Assembly: GCA_049514515.1 (NCBI GenBank)
Contig: JBEKUZ010000017.1
Location: 1,006 to 65,005 of the forward strand
DNA length: 64,000 nucleotides
Direction of reading: 5' to 3'
From: Thermodesulfobacteriota bacterium
Lineage (GTDB): Bacteria > Desulfobacterota > BSN033 > UBA1163
Below, in pieces: positions 38,356 to 47,802 of the stretch. The notes beneath the pieces are model-generated. The model saw nothing but the letters and a program-made list of their open reading frames with translations, had not been told where the DNA came from and did no database searches. A program made the translations under genes and the position numbers. Every line of letters starts with the position of its first letter. The first letter of the stretch is position 1.

Positions 38356-40396
38356 AATGAAAGCAAAAGTTCTCCCAAAGAAATGCTTTGGTTTACTTAC
38401 AAGTGTTTTCTCTTCCAGCAGGGCGTCCCTTGCTTTCTTTATCTGCCTTTTAGCCGTCGTATTCGCCTACCGGATTCAACTGACCATAAGTTTATTTACG
38501 AACGCGGTCAGACCTTTTGACTTTAACCCAGCACAGCATGCGGTCTGGCTTGTTCTTGCTTATTTGCCGAGTGACCTTGCCTTTGTCTTTGTCTGTTTCT
38601 CACTCTCTTGGCTCCTATCTCGGGTGGCTTCTTTCATCAAACAGAGTAAGATGTTTCGGATCTTAAGAATTTCAGGACTTATTTTTTTGCATCTTGTTTT
38701 GTTGGCTGCGGTTCTTATCCACGGAATTCACGGCAGGCTGCTCTTTGATGTTCAGACAGGGTTTGACAGTGCGGTGATGAAGGAGGCGTTCTCAGGCATT
38801 TCGCTGATCGAGACCCTCAGGCTCGTCGGATGGAGGGATTACGTATTTCTTCTTTTTCCCTTTGGATTTTTTTGGCTGACGCTCCTATTCTCCCTTCGTC
38901 TAAGAATTTGGATAGCGGGGATTTCTTTGACATTGGCCATCTTGCTGCTGTCGCTTTCCTTGTTGATGATCGATAACAAAGCGGAGAAGGTCCCTGACGA
39001 GATCCGTCTCAACCCAGTCGTCTTTCTTCTTTCCGATATGACGAAGAGTACGTCCTTTATACATCTTAAGCAAGGTCAAACCATGAGTGCTGTCGGAGGA
39101 AAGGGTTCAGGTATCCAGTCCTTTCGTCCCATGGAAACTAAACCCATAGAGCGAGCGCTATCTCTGCCGGCGAAGAACAATCGTCCTTGGAATCTGATCA
39201 TTTTCATCATGGAGTCAGCAGGGGCCCGATATATCTTTGATACAAGCGACGGCGATGCGATGCCCATGCCGTTTCTCCATAAGATATCGCAGGAAGGCTG
39301 GTATTTGAAAAGACACTTTACGACATCGAATGTCAGTACCAAGGCAGTATTTTCAATACTTAGCGGGCTTTACGATTTCTTCAGTAAGGAGACGTTCGGC
39401 ACACGTCCGGACGTTGAAGTCCCTGCGGTCTATAATTGGCTGGACCAGGGATACGACAGGTTCTTGGTAACCCCTTCTTCGATCTCTTGGTACTTTCCGA
39501 CGAAGTTCGTCGTCAACAGTGGGCTGTCGGAGATCCATAGCTATGAAAATCTGAACTTTAAGATAAAGGAAGAGTTTCATTCGCTGGGCCATTATATTGC
39601 AAGAGACGAGGTCCAAACGACGGATTTCTTCATTCAGAGATTGCGTGAAGCGAGAGAGCCTTTTCTGGGCATCTACATCAGCTTTGCTGCCCACTTCCCT
39701 TATTTCGACTATGGCGAGGACTATCGCATAAGGAAGGATGACGGACATTTGATCAGCCGCTATTATAACAATTTGAATCTTCTGGACCACGGGATTAAGC
39801 GGATTGTTGATCATCTGCGGGAACAAGGTCTGCTGGAACATACCCTGCTGGTCATCGTGGGAGATCATGGCCAGGCTTTTGGTCAACACCATCCGAATAA
39901 TTTTATGCACTATCGCTATAGCTATAATGAGAACCTGGAAGCCCCGGCGATCCTCTATCAACCGGCGCTTTTCAGGCCGAAGACGTTCGGGTTTCCCACA
40001 AGCCACGTAGATTTATTGCCGACCCTGCTTGACGCCATGAGAATTCCGTATCCTTCAACGGCCTTTGACGGGAGGTCTCTTTTCAGCCACCGGGCGAGGC
40101 AAGCCCCCATCTTCTTTTATGGATATGAAGAATCCATCTCGTCGTTGGACAGTCATCTCATAAAAGTTCAGTATTCGTTGAAGAAAAATAAGTGCTGGGC
40201 CTTCGACTTGAAGCTTGATCCGGACGAAAAAAATCCCCTTGATTGCTCTTCATTTCCGCTTGAAGTGGAGGGACTTCACAAATTCGTCGCAGAGCACGAT
40301 GCGAATCTCCTCAAATACAACGCCAGTTTGAGGGAAAAGAAGGGATTGCAGGGGGCAGGAGTGCCCATCTTGAAAGCGGTGAGCTCTCCGAGATGA
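38339..40396 (+). CDS. Membrane-anchored sulfatase / alkaline-phosphatase-superfamily enzyme (phosphoethanolamine transferase or LtaS-like)
   Basis: Five or more N-terminal TM helices. The C-terminal sulfatase-fold domain carries metal-site motifs (IIFIMESAGARY, VIVGDHGQAFGQHH). The start is uncertain (38237, 38339 or 38357), and the six-frame ORF overlaps the divergent lpxL-like ORF. Confidence 0.65.
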   Translation: MLSLVKMKAKVLPKKCFGLLTSVFSSSRASLAFFICLLAVVFAYRIQLTISLFTNAVRPFDFNPAQHAVWLVLAYLPSDLAFVFVCFSLSWLLSRVASFIKQSKMFRILRISGLIFLHLVLLAAVLIHGIHGRLLFDVQTGFDSAVMKEAFSGISLIETLRLVGWRDYVFLLFPFGFFWLTLLFSLRLRIWIAGISLTLAILLLSLSLLMIDNKAEKVPDEIRLNPVVFLLSDMTKSTSFIHLKQGQTMSAVGGKGSGIQSFRPMETKPIERALSLPAKNNRPWNLIIFIMESAGARYIFDTSDGDAMPMPFLHKISQEGWYLKRHFTTSNVSTKAVFSILSGLYDFFSKETFGTRPDVEVPAVYNWLDQGYDRFLVTPSSISWYFPTKFVVNSGLSEIHSYENLNFKIKEEFHSLGHYIARDEVQTTDFFIQRLREAREPFLGIYISFAAHFPYFDYGEDYRIRKDDGHLISRYYNNLNLLDHGIKRIVDHLREQGLLEHTLLVIVGDHGQAFGQHHPNNFMHYRYSYNENLEAPAILYQPALFRPKTFGFPTSHVDLLPTLLDAMRIPYPSTAFDGRSLFSHRARQAPIFFYGYEESISSLDSHLIKVQYSLKKNKCWAFDLKLDPDEKNPLDCSSFPLEVEGLHKFVAEHDANLLKYNASLREKKGLQGAGVPILKAVSSPR

Positions 40397-40481
40397 GATG
40401 CTTGGAGACCGGCAGAAAACTTGGCTCGTGGGCCTTTTATTTTGGTTTCCTAAATAAGCGTCGGAAATGAGGTGTTGAAAG

Positions 40482-40958
40482 ATGTTAGAGCTTAACGAGA
40501 AGATCAAAGAGCATTTTCGCAATCCTCATAACGTAGGGGAGATTGAAAACCCAGAAGGGACGGGAACGATTGATAATCCGGTATGCGGGGATACGACAAA
40601 ACTTTATTTGAGAATCAAAAATGGAGTCGTTGAGGATGCCAGGTTTTTATCCTTTGGATGCGCCGTAACCATTGCCTCCGCCTCTGTGTTAACCGAGAAA
40701 ATTAGGGGCAAGGAGATTTCTGAACTCCTCTTGGGGACTGATGAAGAAGTCGTCAAACGTCTCATGAGCTTAATTGAAACCGAGCTAGGGGAGATTCCTC
40801 CGGTAAAGCTCCACTGTCCGCCCGCCACGGTTCAGGTTTTTCTCGAATCAATTGGCGGATACTTTGAAAAGGAAGGAGAGAATGAGTTGAGTTCGAAAGC
40901 CAAACGCTTAATCCCCCAGATCTCTGAATATTACAAAAGAGGCGGAGAGAAAGAATAA
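40482..40958 (+). CDS. iscU: Fe-S cluster assembly scaffold, IscU/NifU N-terminal-domain type
   Basis: HFRNPHNVGEIENPEGTG..NPVCGDTTKLYLRI ... FGCAVTIASAS carries the three conserved Cys. Confidence 0.8.
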   Translation: MLELNEKIKEHFRNPHNVGEIENPEGTGTIDNPVCGDTTKLYLRIKNGVVEDARFLSFGCAVTIASASVLTEKIRGKEISELLLGTDEEVVKRLMSLIETELGEIPPVKLHCPPATVQVFLESIGGYFEKEGENELSSKAKRLIPQISEYYKRGGEKE

Positions 40959-41359
40959 GGGGAAAACGCTGCGTTAAAGATCGAAGTTATCCCTTTTATG
41001 TGCCTCTAAACCTTCTAACAGAAATCAATAAAAGGGCCTTTCTAATTTAATCTGTAAGTTACTCTGTTTAAAATCAAAATTCCAATCTTGTCATGTAGGA
41101 TTCTTTTAACCGGGAATTCTTGTCGAACTGATCATCAGTATTGTCGAAGCTCATTATTAATTGAATTCTAAGAAGAAAGCATTTACCGCTTTAAAAAGAT
41201 CGACAAAACATTCCGGTTTAAGACCAAACTTTTTTACTCTGTTCTTTATAAGAATTCAATTTAACGAGAGGTCGAAGGTCTTAATAAGCCATTAAATATT
41301 CTGGATAAGGTAGGTTGGAGATGGTGCGAAATATCTCCTAAATTCTCTTGAAAATGGAT

Positions 41360-41375
41360 TGGCACGGGAGTTGCT
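41360..41375 (+). promoter_or_regulatory. Sigma-54 (-24/-12) promoter TGGCACGGGAGTTGCT
   Basis: Exact GG-N10-GC spacing and consensus match (TGGCAC-N5-TTGCT), located 37 nt upstream of the ATG of the ZraP-like gene. Tandem TTGTCGAA repeats about 150 nt upstream could be an enhancer site. Confidence 0.65.
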
Positions 41376-41411
41376 TCCACATCTTTTGTTAAACAAAAAA
41401 ACTCAGAGGAG

Positions 41412-41936
41412 GTGAGATCGATGAAAAAGGCAATGATTGCATTAGGGTTGGTAACTGTGATGTTTTTGGGTGTCTCATATGTCTATGCCCAAGAGCAGGG
41501 TAATTCTCCAGGACATGGGTGGATGCACGGTCAGAAACACGAGGGTCAATGGAATAAGCTCAACCTCACCCCGGAGCAGAAGGTGAAGTTTAAGGAATTG
41601 CGCCGAAGGTTTAAAGGAGAAAACGCTCAACTCATAGGGGGACTTGTGGCCAAACGGTTGGAGCTTCGGTCACTTTGGACCGATCCAAAAGCCGGTTCCC
41701 AGGCCATTTTGGCTAAGGAAAAAGAGTTGAGAGATCTTCGAAACCAGATGAGGGACAAGATTATCCGGTATAGATTGGAAGCTCGCAGTTTCCTCACGCC
41801 CGAGCAGATTGAAAAGTTTGGAATGATGGGTGGAATAGGTTTCGGTCGTGGTTTTCACCGCCATCATCACCATCATGGCTGCGGTTGTCACCATCACCAT
41901 GGTCAAGAAATAGGTCGCCCCGAAATGAGGGAGTAG
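41412..41936 (+). CDS. zraP: Spy/CpxP/ZraP-family periplasmic protein (LTxxQ motifs) with a His/Cys-rich metal-binding tail
   Basis: Signal peptide, two LTPEQ motifs, and the C-terminal HRHHHHHGCGCHHHHGQE. A GGAGG SD is present. Confidence 0.65.
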   Translation: MRSMKKAMIALGLVTVMFLGVSYVYAQEQGNSPGHGWMHGQKHEGQWNKLNLTPEQKVKFKELRRRFKGENAQLIGGLVAKRLELRSLWTDPKAGSQAILAKEKELRDLRNQMRDKIIRYRLEARSFLTPEQIEKFGMMGGIGFGRGFHRHHHHHGCGCHHHHGQEIGRPEMRE

Positions 41937-41980
41937 GAAAAAGACCTATCAATTTGAAACGAAGATAAATAAGGTTTGGG

Positions 41981-42838
41981 ATGACCTTTCCAAATACCGG
42001 AAGAAGTGCTTGGCACTTGTCAAAGGAAATATCTCCTGCCCTGGCCGTTTTGTTCTTCGCTATCTTTTTCTCCCTTTTCTTGAACAATTTATCGGTACAA
42101 GGTTGGGAGACTATCTACAGGGCACTAATCCGATTTTTCCGGCTCACTTTACTCCTTTGCCTTCCACTTTATGTGCTTTCACCCATCTATAGTTTTGTCG
42201 TCAACAAAATAAGGGGGAAGCTTCTTCACACGGGAAAAATGTGGGAATTGCAGATCAAGCCCGTTAAACACTGGATTTTTCGGCCTTTTCAAGGAATTGG
42301 CATAGAACTTCTGTTTGAAACAAAATTGCTTACAGCCCTTCAGGTAATCACAGGGGTGACGACCAAGCCTTTCGTTTTATTCCCCCGAAGTCAGTTTCAG
42401 CCTGGGTGGTTGTTGGTCATCGGTGGGATTACGGTAGTTATTTCCCTTCTCCTATCTATTATCTGGACCCTTGATGACGTAGGGATAAGATATGTCAACC
42501 GGAAGGATCAAGAGATCAGGATGATCGGGAAATATGTAGGGACACTTATGCCCATTATCTTTGGATTTTATGGAATATTCAGCCTGAGTACGGATTTTCC
42601 AACATCACAAGTTTTCGTCTACATATTTAAAACCGTTATCATTCTTTACCCTCCGTTCACAGTCTTCACGGTCTTCCACACCCGGTTCCTCAAAAACAAA
42701 GCAGAATATTTTTTCTCAAAAGCATTACTTGGAAAAGGAGGCGTCTGGTCCGGAGCTGAAAATGATCAAAGGAAGGGGGCGTGGGCGGATGATGGGTTAT
42801 GGCTGGGGAATGGGCTACCGCCTCGCCCCGGAGTGTGA
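41981..42838 (+). CDS. Hypothetical polytopic membrane protein
   Basis: Six or more hydrophobic helices and no recognisable motif. Confidence 0.4.
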   Translation: MTFPNTGRSAWHLSKEISPALAVLFFAIFFSLFLNNLSVQGWETIYRALIRFFRLTLLLCLPLYVLSPIYSFVVNKIRGKLLHTGKMWELQIKPVKHWIFRPFQGIGIELLFETKLLTALQVITGVTTKPFVLFPRSQFQPGWLLVIGGITVVISLLLSIIWTLDDVGIRYVNRKDQEIRMIGKYVGTLMPIIFGFYGIFSLSTDFPTSQVFVYIFKTVIILYPPFTVFTVFHTRFLKNKAEYFFSKALLGKGGVWSGAENDQRKGAWADDGLWLGNGLPPRPGV

Positions 42839-43014
42839 GAGTAGGAAGACACATCTTGTATATGGAAAAAGGAAGAGGAAACTTCTTTTTTTTCCATATT
42901 TGATTAATAAGTTTCTTTGTCAAATTATCTGCTTCTATAAAGAAGAGTGTGTATAAGTTTCGCAGAATTCTGCCCACCAATAATTTTTCATTCTGAGCAG
43001 GGGCGTAGGAATCG

Positions 43015-43431
43015 ATGAAGAAATGGATCGTTCCCTTATTATCCTTACTCTTGATCGCTTTGTTGCTCTTGATCTCCAGCCCCTTCAATCTCCTCAAAGC
43101 ATCGATGACCAAGAAGGAGAGCGGAGAGAAGCCCGGGATTCTTTTTGCCCAGGACGAGGGGAAAGAGGAACAGACAGACCCTCATCTGATTTTGGTCTTA
43201 AAGAGATTGCGTGAAAAGCTCGATGAATGGCTAAAATCGATCAACGACCGGATCGAGAGTGAAGATGTAACTCGTTTAGAGGTTCGGTTCTTGGAGATTT
43301 TGAGGAGTATCTTGGGATGGGTGAGAGAGAAGGTAGATGCAATGATCGCATCTTCTGAAAAGGGAAAAGCCAAGGAGACTTATCAGAAAGTGTTTTCATT
43401 ACTCAAAGCAGGATGGTGTTTTGCTGTTTAA
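43015..43431 (+). CDS. Small secreted protein, unknown family (paralog of 57044-57478)
   Basis: Signal peptide MKKWIVPLLSLLLIALLLL. The conserved core DPHLILVLKRLREKLDEWLKSINDRIESEDVTRLEVRFLEILRSILGWVREKVDA recurs at 57044. Confidence 0.55.
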   Translation: MKKWIVPLLSLLLIALLLLISSPFNLLKASMTKKESGEKPGILFAQDEGKEEQTDPHLILVLKRLREKLDEWLKSINDRIESEDVTRLEVRFLEILRSILGWVREKVDAMIASSEKGKAKETYQKVFSLLKAGWCFAV

Positions 43432-43509
43432 GACATAGCGGCAGATAAAAGGCTAACGCTGTGAGACATCGAAGTCGCAAAAAATCATTAGCGGCGCAGG
43501 GAGATAATT

Positions 43510-44886
43510 ATGCGACGGACAGTCGGAATCATGGTCCTGGTCGTTATCGGGCTGGCTGTGATGGGTAGCGCGGGCATGTGGTGGTTGCGGTCCAAGCGGG
43601 ACAACGAGCCGACGTTCCACACGGTGCCGGTGAAACGGGGCGATCTGGTGGCTAAGATCAGCGCGACAGGCACGCTCGAGCCGGAGGCAGCCGTGGACAT
43701 AGGCGCTCAGGTTGCTGGGGTGATTATCGCCTTCGGCAAGGACAAAGGCGGGAAGGAAATTCAATGGGGTTCGGTCGTGGAGAAAGGCATGATACTGGCG
43801 AAAATTGACGACTCCCTTTACGCCGCTGCTGTGGAAACTGCCAAGGGCCAATTGGAGCAGGCCATAGCGAACAAGGTTAGCGCCGACGCCAATGTGCTCC
43901 AGATGAAAGCGAAGTTGGTGGATGCCGAGCAGGACTGGGGTCGGGCGCAGAAGCTCGGTCCATCCGACGCATTGGCACAGAGCGCTTACGACCAGTACCA
44001 AGCAAATTATGAGGTTGCTAAGGCCAACCTGGCGGCGGCCGAGGCTGCCGTGGAGCAAATGAAGGCTGCCGTGGCACAAGCAAAGGCCAGTCTCGACACT
44101 GCACAGATCAATCTGGGTTACTGTACCATCAAGTCGCCCGTCAACGGTGTGGTTGTTGACCGGCAAGTTAACATTGGCCAGACCGTCGTGTCCAGCCTGA
44201 GTACGCCAAACCTGTTCATCATTGCAACCAATCTCGAGCACATTCAGGCATGGGTATCGGTCAACGAAGCTGACATTGGCAGCATTTCTATAGGCCAGGC
44301 AGTTACGTTCGCCGTGGACGCCCATCCTGGCCGGGTGTTCCAAGGGCAAGTCGGCCAGGTTCGGCTGAACGCGACGATGCTGCAGAACGTGGTCACGTAC
44401 ACCGTCAGGGTCGACACCAATAACGACGACGGCAAACTATTGCCTTACCTGACAACCAACGCGCAGTTCACGATCGGCCGTCGGCAAGACGTGTTGCTGG
44501 TTCCGAATGCGGCGCTGCACTGGTCACCGAAGCCCAATCAGATCGCGCCAAAATCTGGCCAAACGTCCCGCGCTCCTTCTGACTTTTCAAGTGGAGACAG
44601 AAGCAGTGGGGCTGGCGCCGCCGGTGCGCCGAAAGCGCACGGAACCATTTGGGTCGAGCAAGGCGAGTTTGTCCGGCCTGTTCACGTGAGCGTGGGGTTG
44701 ACGGACGGGACATCGACAGAGGTCGAAGGCAACGATTTGACGGAAGGGATGCGCGTGGTTGTCGGCGAAGCAACGAGGGAAGTTGCAGGTGCCCCGAGCA
44801 CTGAGCGCAGTCCATTCACGCCCCAAATTGGACGCGGGCCGCGGCAAGGCCAAGCCAGCTCGGGCGGTGCCAGTGGCGGACGCTGA
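43510..44886 (+). CDS. Efflux transporter periplasmic adaptor subunit (HlyD/membrane-fusion protein family); orphan with no pump gene
   Basis: N-terminal TM helix, and the lipoyl/beta-barrel/coiled-coil architecture of MacA/AcrA-like MFPs. GC content is about 58-60% with GC3-rich codons, unlike the surrounding DNA. Confidence 0.75.
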   Translation: MRRTVGIMVLVVIGLAVMGSAGMWWLRSKRDNEPTFHTVPVKRGDLVAKISATGTLEPEAAVDIGAQVAGVIIAFGKDKGGKEIQWGSVVEKGMILAKIDDSLYAAAVETAKGQLEQAIANKVSADANVLQMKAKLVDAEQDWGRAQKLGPSDALAQSAYDQYQANYEVAKANLAAAEAAVEQMKAAVAQAKASLDTAQINLGYCTIKSPVNGVVVDRQVNIGQTVVSSLSTPNLFIIATNLEHIQAWVSVNEADIGSISIGQAVTFAVDAHPGRVFQGQVGQVRLNATMLQNVVTYTVRVDTNNDDGKLLPYLTTNAQFTIGRRQDVLLVPNAALHWSPKPNQIAPKSGQTSRAPSDFSSGDRSSGAGAAGAPKAHGTIWVEQGEFVRPVHVSVGLTDGTSTEVEGNDLTEGMRVVVGEATREVAGAPSTERSPFTPQIGRGPRQGQASSGGASGGR

Positions 44887-45005
44887 AATTAGCGGATGGA
44901 GTAAATTAGTTTATTACAGAATAAGAGGGAAGAGCAAACCTTTCTCATGGTTCTTAAGTCCCCAGAATTTTTGGAACCAGGGGACAGGAAGAATAGAGAT
45001 ACGAC

Positions 45006-45533
45006 ATGAAGCTGCTTTGTTGCCATCCGAGCGGGCTTATGTACACAGAAATCTACCTTCGTCTTGAGCCACTCGGCGTGGAATTGGTTGCTCAGGCTGC
45101 GCGCCGCGCTGGACACAAAGTACGTATTCTGGACTTGCAGGTCTTTTCCCATCAAGATTATTTTAAGGCCCTGGATCAATGGCATCCTGACGCCGTCTGC
45201 TTCGGTATTAACTATCTTGCCAATATTCCTGAGGTCATTGATCTTGCGAAAGAGACCAGGCAGTGTCTTCCCCAAACCTTCTTCTTCGTGGGAAGGCACA
45301 GTGCCTCCTTCACCGCGCGGGAGATTCTGGAACATGCACAGGGGACGATTGACTGCGTCGTCAGAGGGGAGGTGGACCAGATCGGTTCATCCTCTCTGCG
45401 GCGATGGATGATCGAAAAAGAATCGGCGTGCTTCCGGGGGTGGTCACACAAGAAGGGGAAGGACCGGCACCTCAAATGGTCGACGACCTCGATCGCAAAG
45501 GTACCCATGATGGTGGCTCAAGTCACACCTTAA
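45006..45533 (+). pseudogene. Truncated N-terminal B12-binding domain of a class-B radical SAM enzyme (gene remnant)
   Basis: LEPLGVELVAQAARRAGHKVRILDL matches the cobalamin-binding-domain start of B12-rSAM proteins. The ORF stops after 175 aa, before any CxxxCxxC motif. Confidence 0.5.
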
Positions 45534-45756
45534 AAAGCACCGCTCTCCTCCCCTCGCTTCCTAACACCGCCTAATAACTACCTCTCACATCCCGGGCACA
45601 ATATCATAGCCCCTCGTCTAAGATTAGACTGGTTCCCTCCATTAAGCGTACCAAACTCTCCTGCATTCGGCACACTCATTATCGAGATTTTCGGCTATCT
45701 TGACTTTTGCTCTACATCCTCATAATAATTGAACAACGAGAAGGGAAAAATGGGGA

Positions 45757-47715
45757 ATGATCAGAGAAGGAGTTGCCAAGGCATTTCGGGAAATATTGAA
45801 TATGGAGGAGATCCCCTTCAATGTACCCCCTCAGCGAGAGTTGGGGGATTTTTCCAGCGCCGTTTGTTTGTCCATGGCAAAGCAAAGAAGGGAATCCCCA
45901 ATGAAAATCGCTCAGGAAATGGCTGAGCGATTGAAATCGAACCTCCCACCTTACATTCAAGATATCAGTGCTTCTCCGCCCGGGTACCTAAACTTCAAAG
46001 TGGATTGGGTAGCATTGGCTCAAGACCTCGTCCCTCGGATCCTTCAGGAAGGAGAGTTTTTTGGGAAGCCGGCTTCGGGATCTGGGAAAAAGGTCTTTAT
46101 CGAACACACGAGTGTGAATCCCAACAAGGCGATGCATATCGGCCACCTCAGGAATTCGGCTTTGGGAGACACGGTCGCCAGGGTTCTGAAATGGCTTGGT
46201 TTTTCAACAGAGGTCTGCAATTACATTGACGATACTGGTCTCCAGGTGGTGGATGTGGTGACCGCGCTTCTTTATCTGGATCGTCCTTCCTATACAGAGG
46301 GGTCTGATTTTAAAGTAATCTGGGCAAAGATCCCCCCGGAGAAACCTTTGGATTATTTCTGCTGGGACCTCTACGCCCGTTTTCAGAATGAACTTGAGAA
46401 GAATTCTTTCCTCCTTGAGAAAAGGGAGGAAGTTCACCGCAACATCGAAGGCGGAAATCATCCTATTGCAAGTTTTGCTAAGGAATTATCGATAAAGATT
46501 GTCGAATCTCACCTGGAGACAGTGGCTCAGCTCTCTATCTTCTACGACCTTCTCAACTGGGAGTCGGATATCATCGAGCGTGGATTCTGGGAGGCTACCT
46601 TCGAGCTTCTGAGAGAAAAGGGGACCCTTCGATTGGAAACGGAGGGTCCGAATAAGGGGTGCTGGGTAGTTCCGTTTGGCGGTATCGTCGAGACAGCTGA
46701 AGGGATGAAGAGCCTGGACAAGATTCTTGTTCGATCGAACGGGAGTGTGACGTATACCGGGAAAGATGTTGCTTATCAACTCTGGAAGTTCGGCCTACTC
46801 AAGAAAGATTTTTTATACAGACGCTGGGGTCCCCAAGCCAACGGAATGATGCTCTGGACAACGGCTCGGGATGGCGAGCCCGGGGAAAGTCTTGCGAGAC
46901 CATTCGGCCACGCAGAAAAGGTCATCAATGTGATTGATACCCGACAGAGTTATCCTCAGCAGGTGGTCATGGAATGCCTTCGACAAATGGGCTTCGAGAG
47001 AGAGGCGAGCGAGTCGGTCCATCTGGCCTATGAAGTCGTCAACCTTTCTCCCCAGGCTGCCCGACTTCTGGGGATGGAGGAGACAGAGGAAAAAAAAACC
47101 TATGCCATGTCGGGCCGTTCCGGGACGGGCGTGAAGGCAAAGGACTTTATCCGGATGGTGAAGCAAAAGGTGATCGAGAAGGCAGATCATCCGCTGGAAG
47201 AAAAGGTTGCCTCGGCCTTAGCTTCGGCGGCCATCCGGTACTATTTGCTCAAATTCACGTTGGAGAGTCAGATCGTCTTCGATTTCGATGAAGCCCTGAA
47301 AACGACGGGGGATTCGGGAGTCTATTTAGAATATGCCCATGCCCGGGCGTGCAGTATCCTGAGAAAGGCCGAGGGCCAGAAAATCGATTTCGGATGGAGA
47401 AGGGATTGCATCCCCAAACAATTAACCGAGACGGAAAGGGGACTGCTTGATGCTCTATCGCGGTTCTCTTCAACCGTTGGAAAAGTCGGGAAGGCGCTGA
47501 GGGTCTCTCAACTGGCAGAATATGCGTTTGATCTTGCAACCTCCTTTACTAACTTTTATGAGCATCCTGATCCGGGGGACGACGTACGGACTCCATTTAT
47601 TCATCTTCAAGATCGGGGAATTCGAACCTTCCGTCTTTCTTTGGTCAAGGCATTTCAAAAAGTGATGGAGAATGTGCTCAACCTGATGGGCATGCCCACG
47701 CTTGAAAGAATATAA
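45757..47715 (+). CDS. argS: Arginine--tRNA ligase
   Basis: N-terminal Arg_tRNA_synt_N-like segment (GDFSSAVCLSMAKQRRESPMKIAQE), a class I HIGH motif (AMHIGHLRNSALGD), MSGRSG replacing KMSKS, and the C-terminal DALR-type domain (YAHARACSILRKA). 652 aa, which is longer than typical. Confidence 0.75.
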   Translation: MIREGVAKAFREILNMEEIPFNVPPQRELGDFSSAVCLSMAKQRRESPMKIAQEMAERLKSNLPPYIQDISASPPGYLNFKVDWVALAQDLVPRILQEGEFFGKPASGSGKKVFIEHTSVNPNKAMHIGHLRNSALGDTVARVLKWLGFSTEVCNYIDDTGLQVVDVVTALLYLDRPSYTEGSDFKVIWAKIPPEKPLDYFCWDLYARFQNELEKNSFLLEKREEVHRNIEGGNHPIASFAKELSIKIVESHLETVAQLSIFYDLLNWESDIIERGFWEATFELLREKGTLRLETEGPNKGCWVVPFGGIVETAEGMKSLDKILVRSNGSVTYTGKDVAYQLWKFGLLKKDFLYRRWGPQANGMMLWTTARDGEPGESLARPFGHAEKVINVIDTRQSYPQQVVMECLRQMGFEREASESVHLAYEVVNLSPQAARLLGMEETEEKKTYAMSGRSGTGVKAKDFIRMVKQKVIEKADHPLEEKVASALASAAIRYYLLKFTLESQIVFDFDEALKTTGDSGVYLEYAHARACSILRKAEGQKIDFGWRRDCIPKQLTETERGLLDALSRFSSTVGKVGKALRVSQLAEYAFDLATSFTNFYEHPDPGDDVRTPFIHLQDRGIRTFRLSLVKAFQKVMENVLNLMGMPTLERI

Positions 47716-47802
47716 GTCAGTTCAGAGTGAAGAGTTCAGAGTTAAGAGTTCCGGACTCGTAGAGGTCTTCACGACTCACGATTCACCAGTCACGAGAGAG
47801 AG

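Noticed and set aside
40397-40481. Possible terminator after the sulfatase-family gene (ggctcgtgggcc ttttatttt)
   Set aside because: The stem is only about 3 bp with mismatches, which is too weak to call.
42690-43112. 140-aa minus-strand ORF spanning the end of the membrane protein gene and the start of the secreted-protein gene
   Set aside because: It overlaps two better-supported plus-strand genes and has no recognisable domain.
43453-44349. 298-aa minus-strand ORF antisense to the MFP gene; similar long antisense ORFs occur at 20573-21133, 20782-21444 and 44468-44815
   Set aside because: Open antisense frames are typical of GC-rich or GC3-skewed coding regions. The sense-strand genes (MFP, nnr) have clear family signatures.
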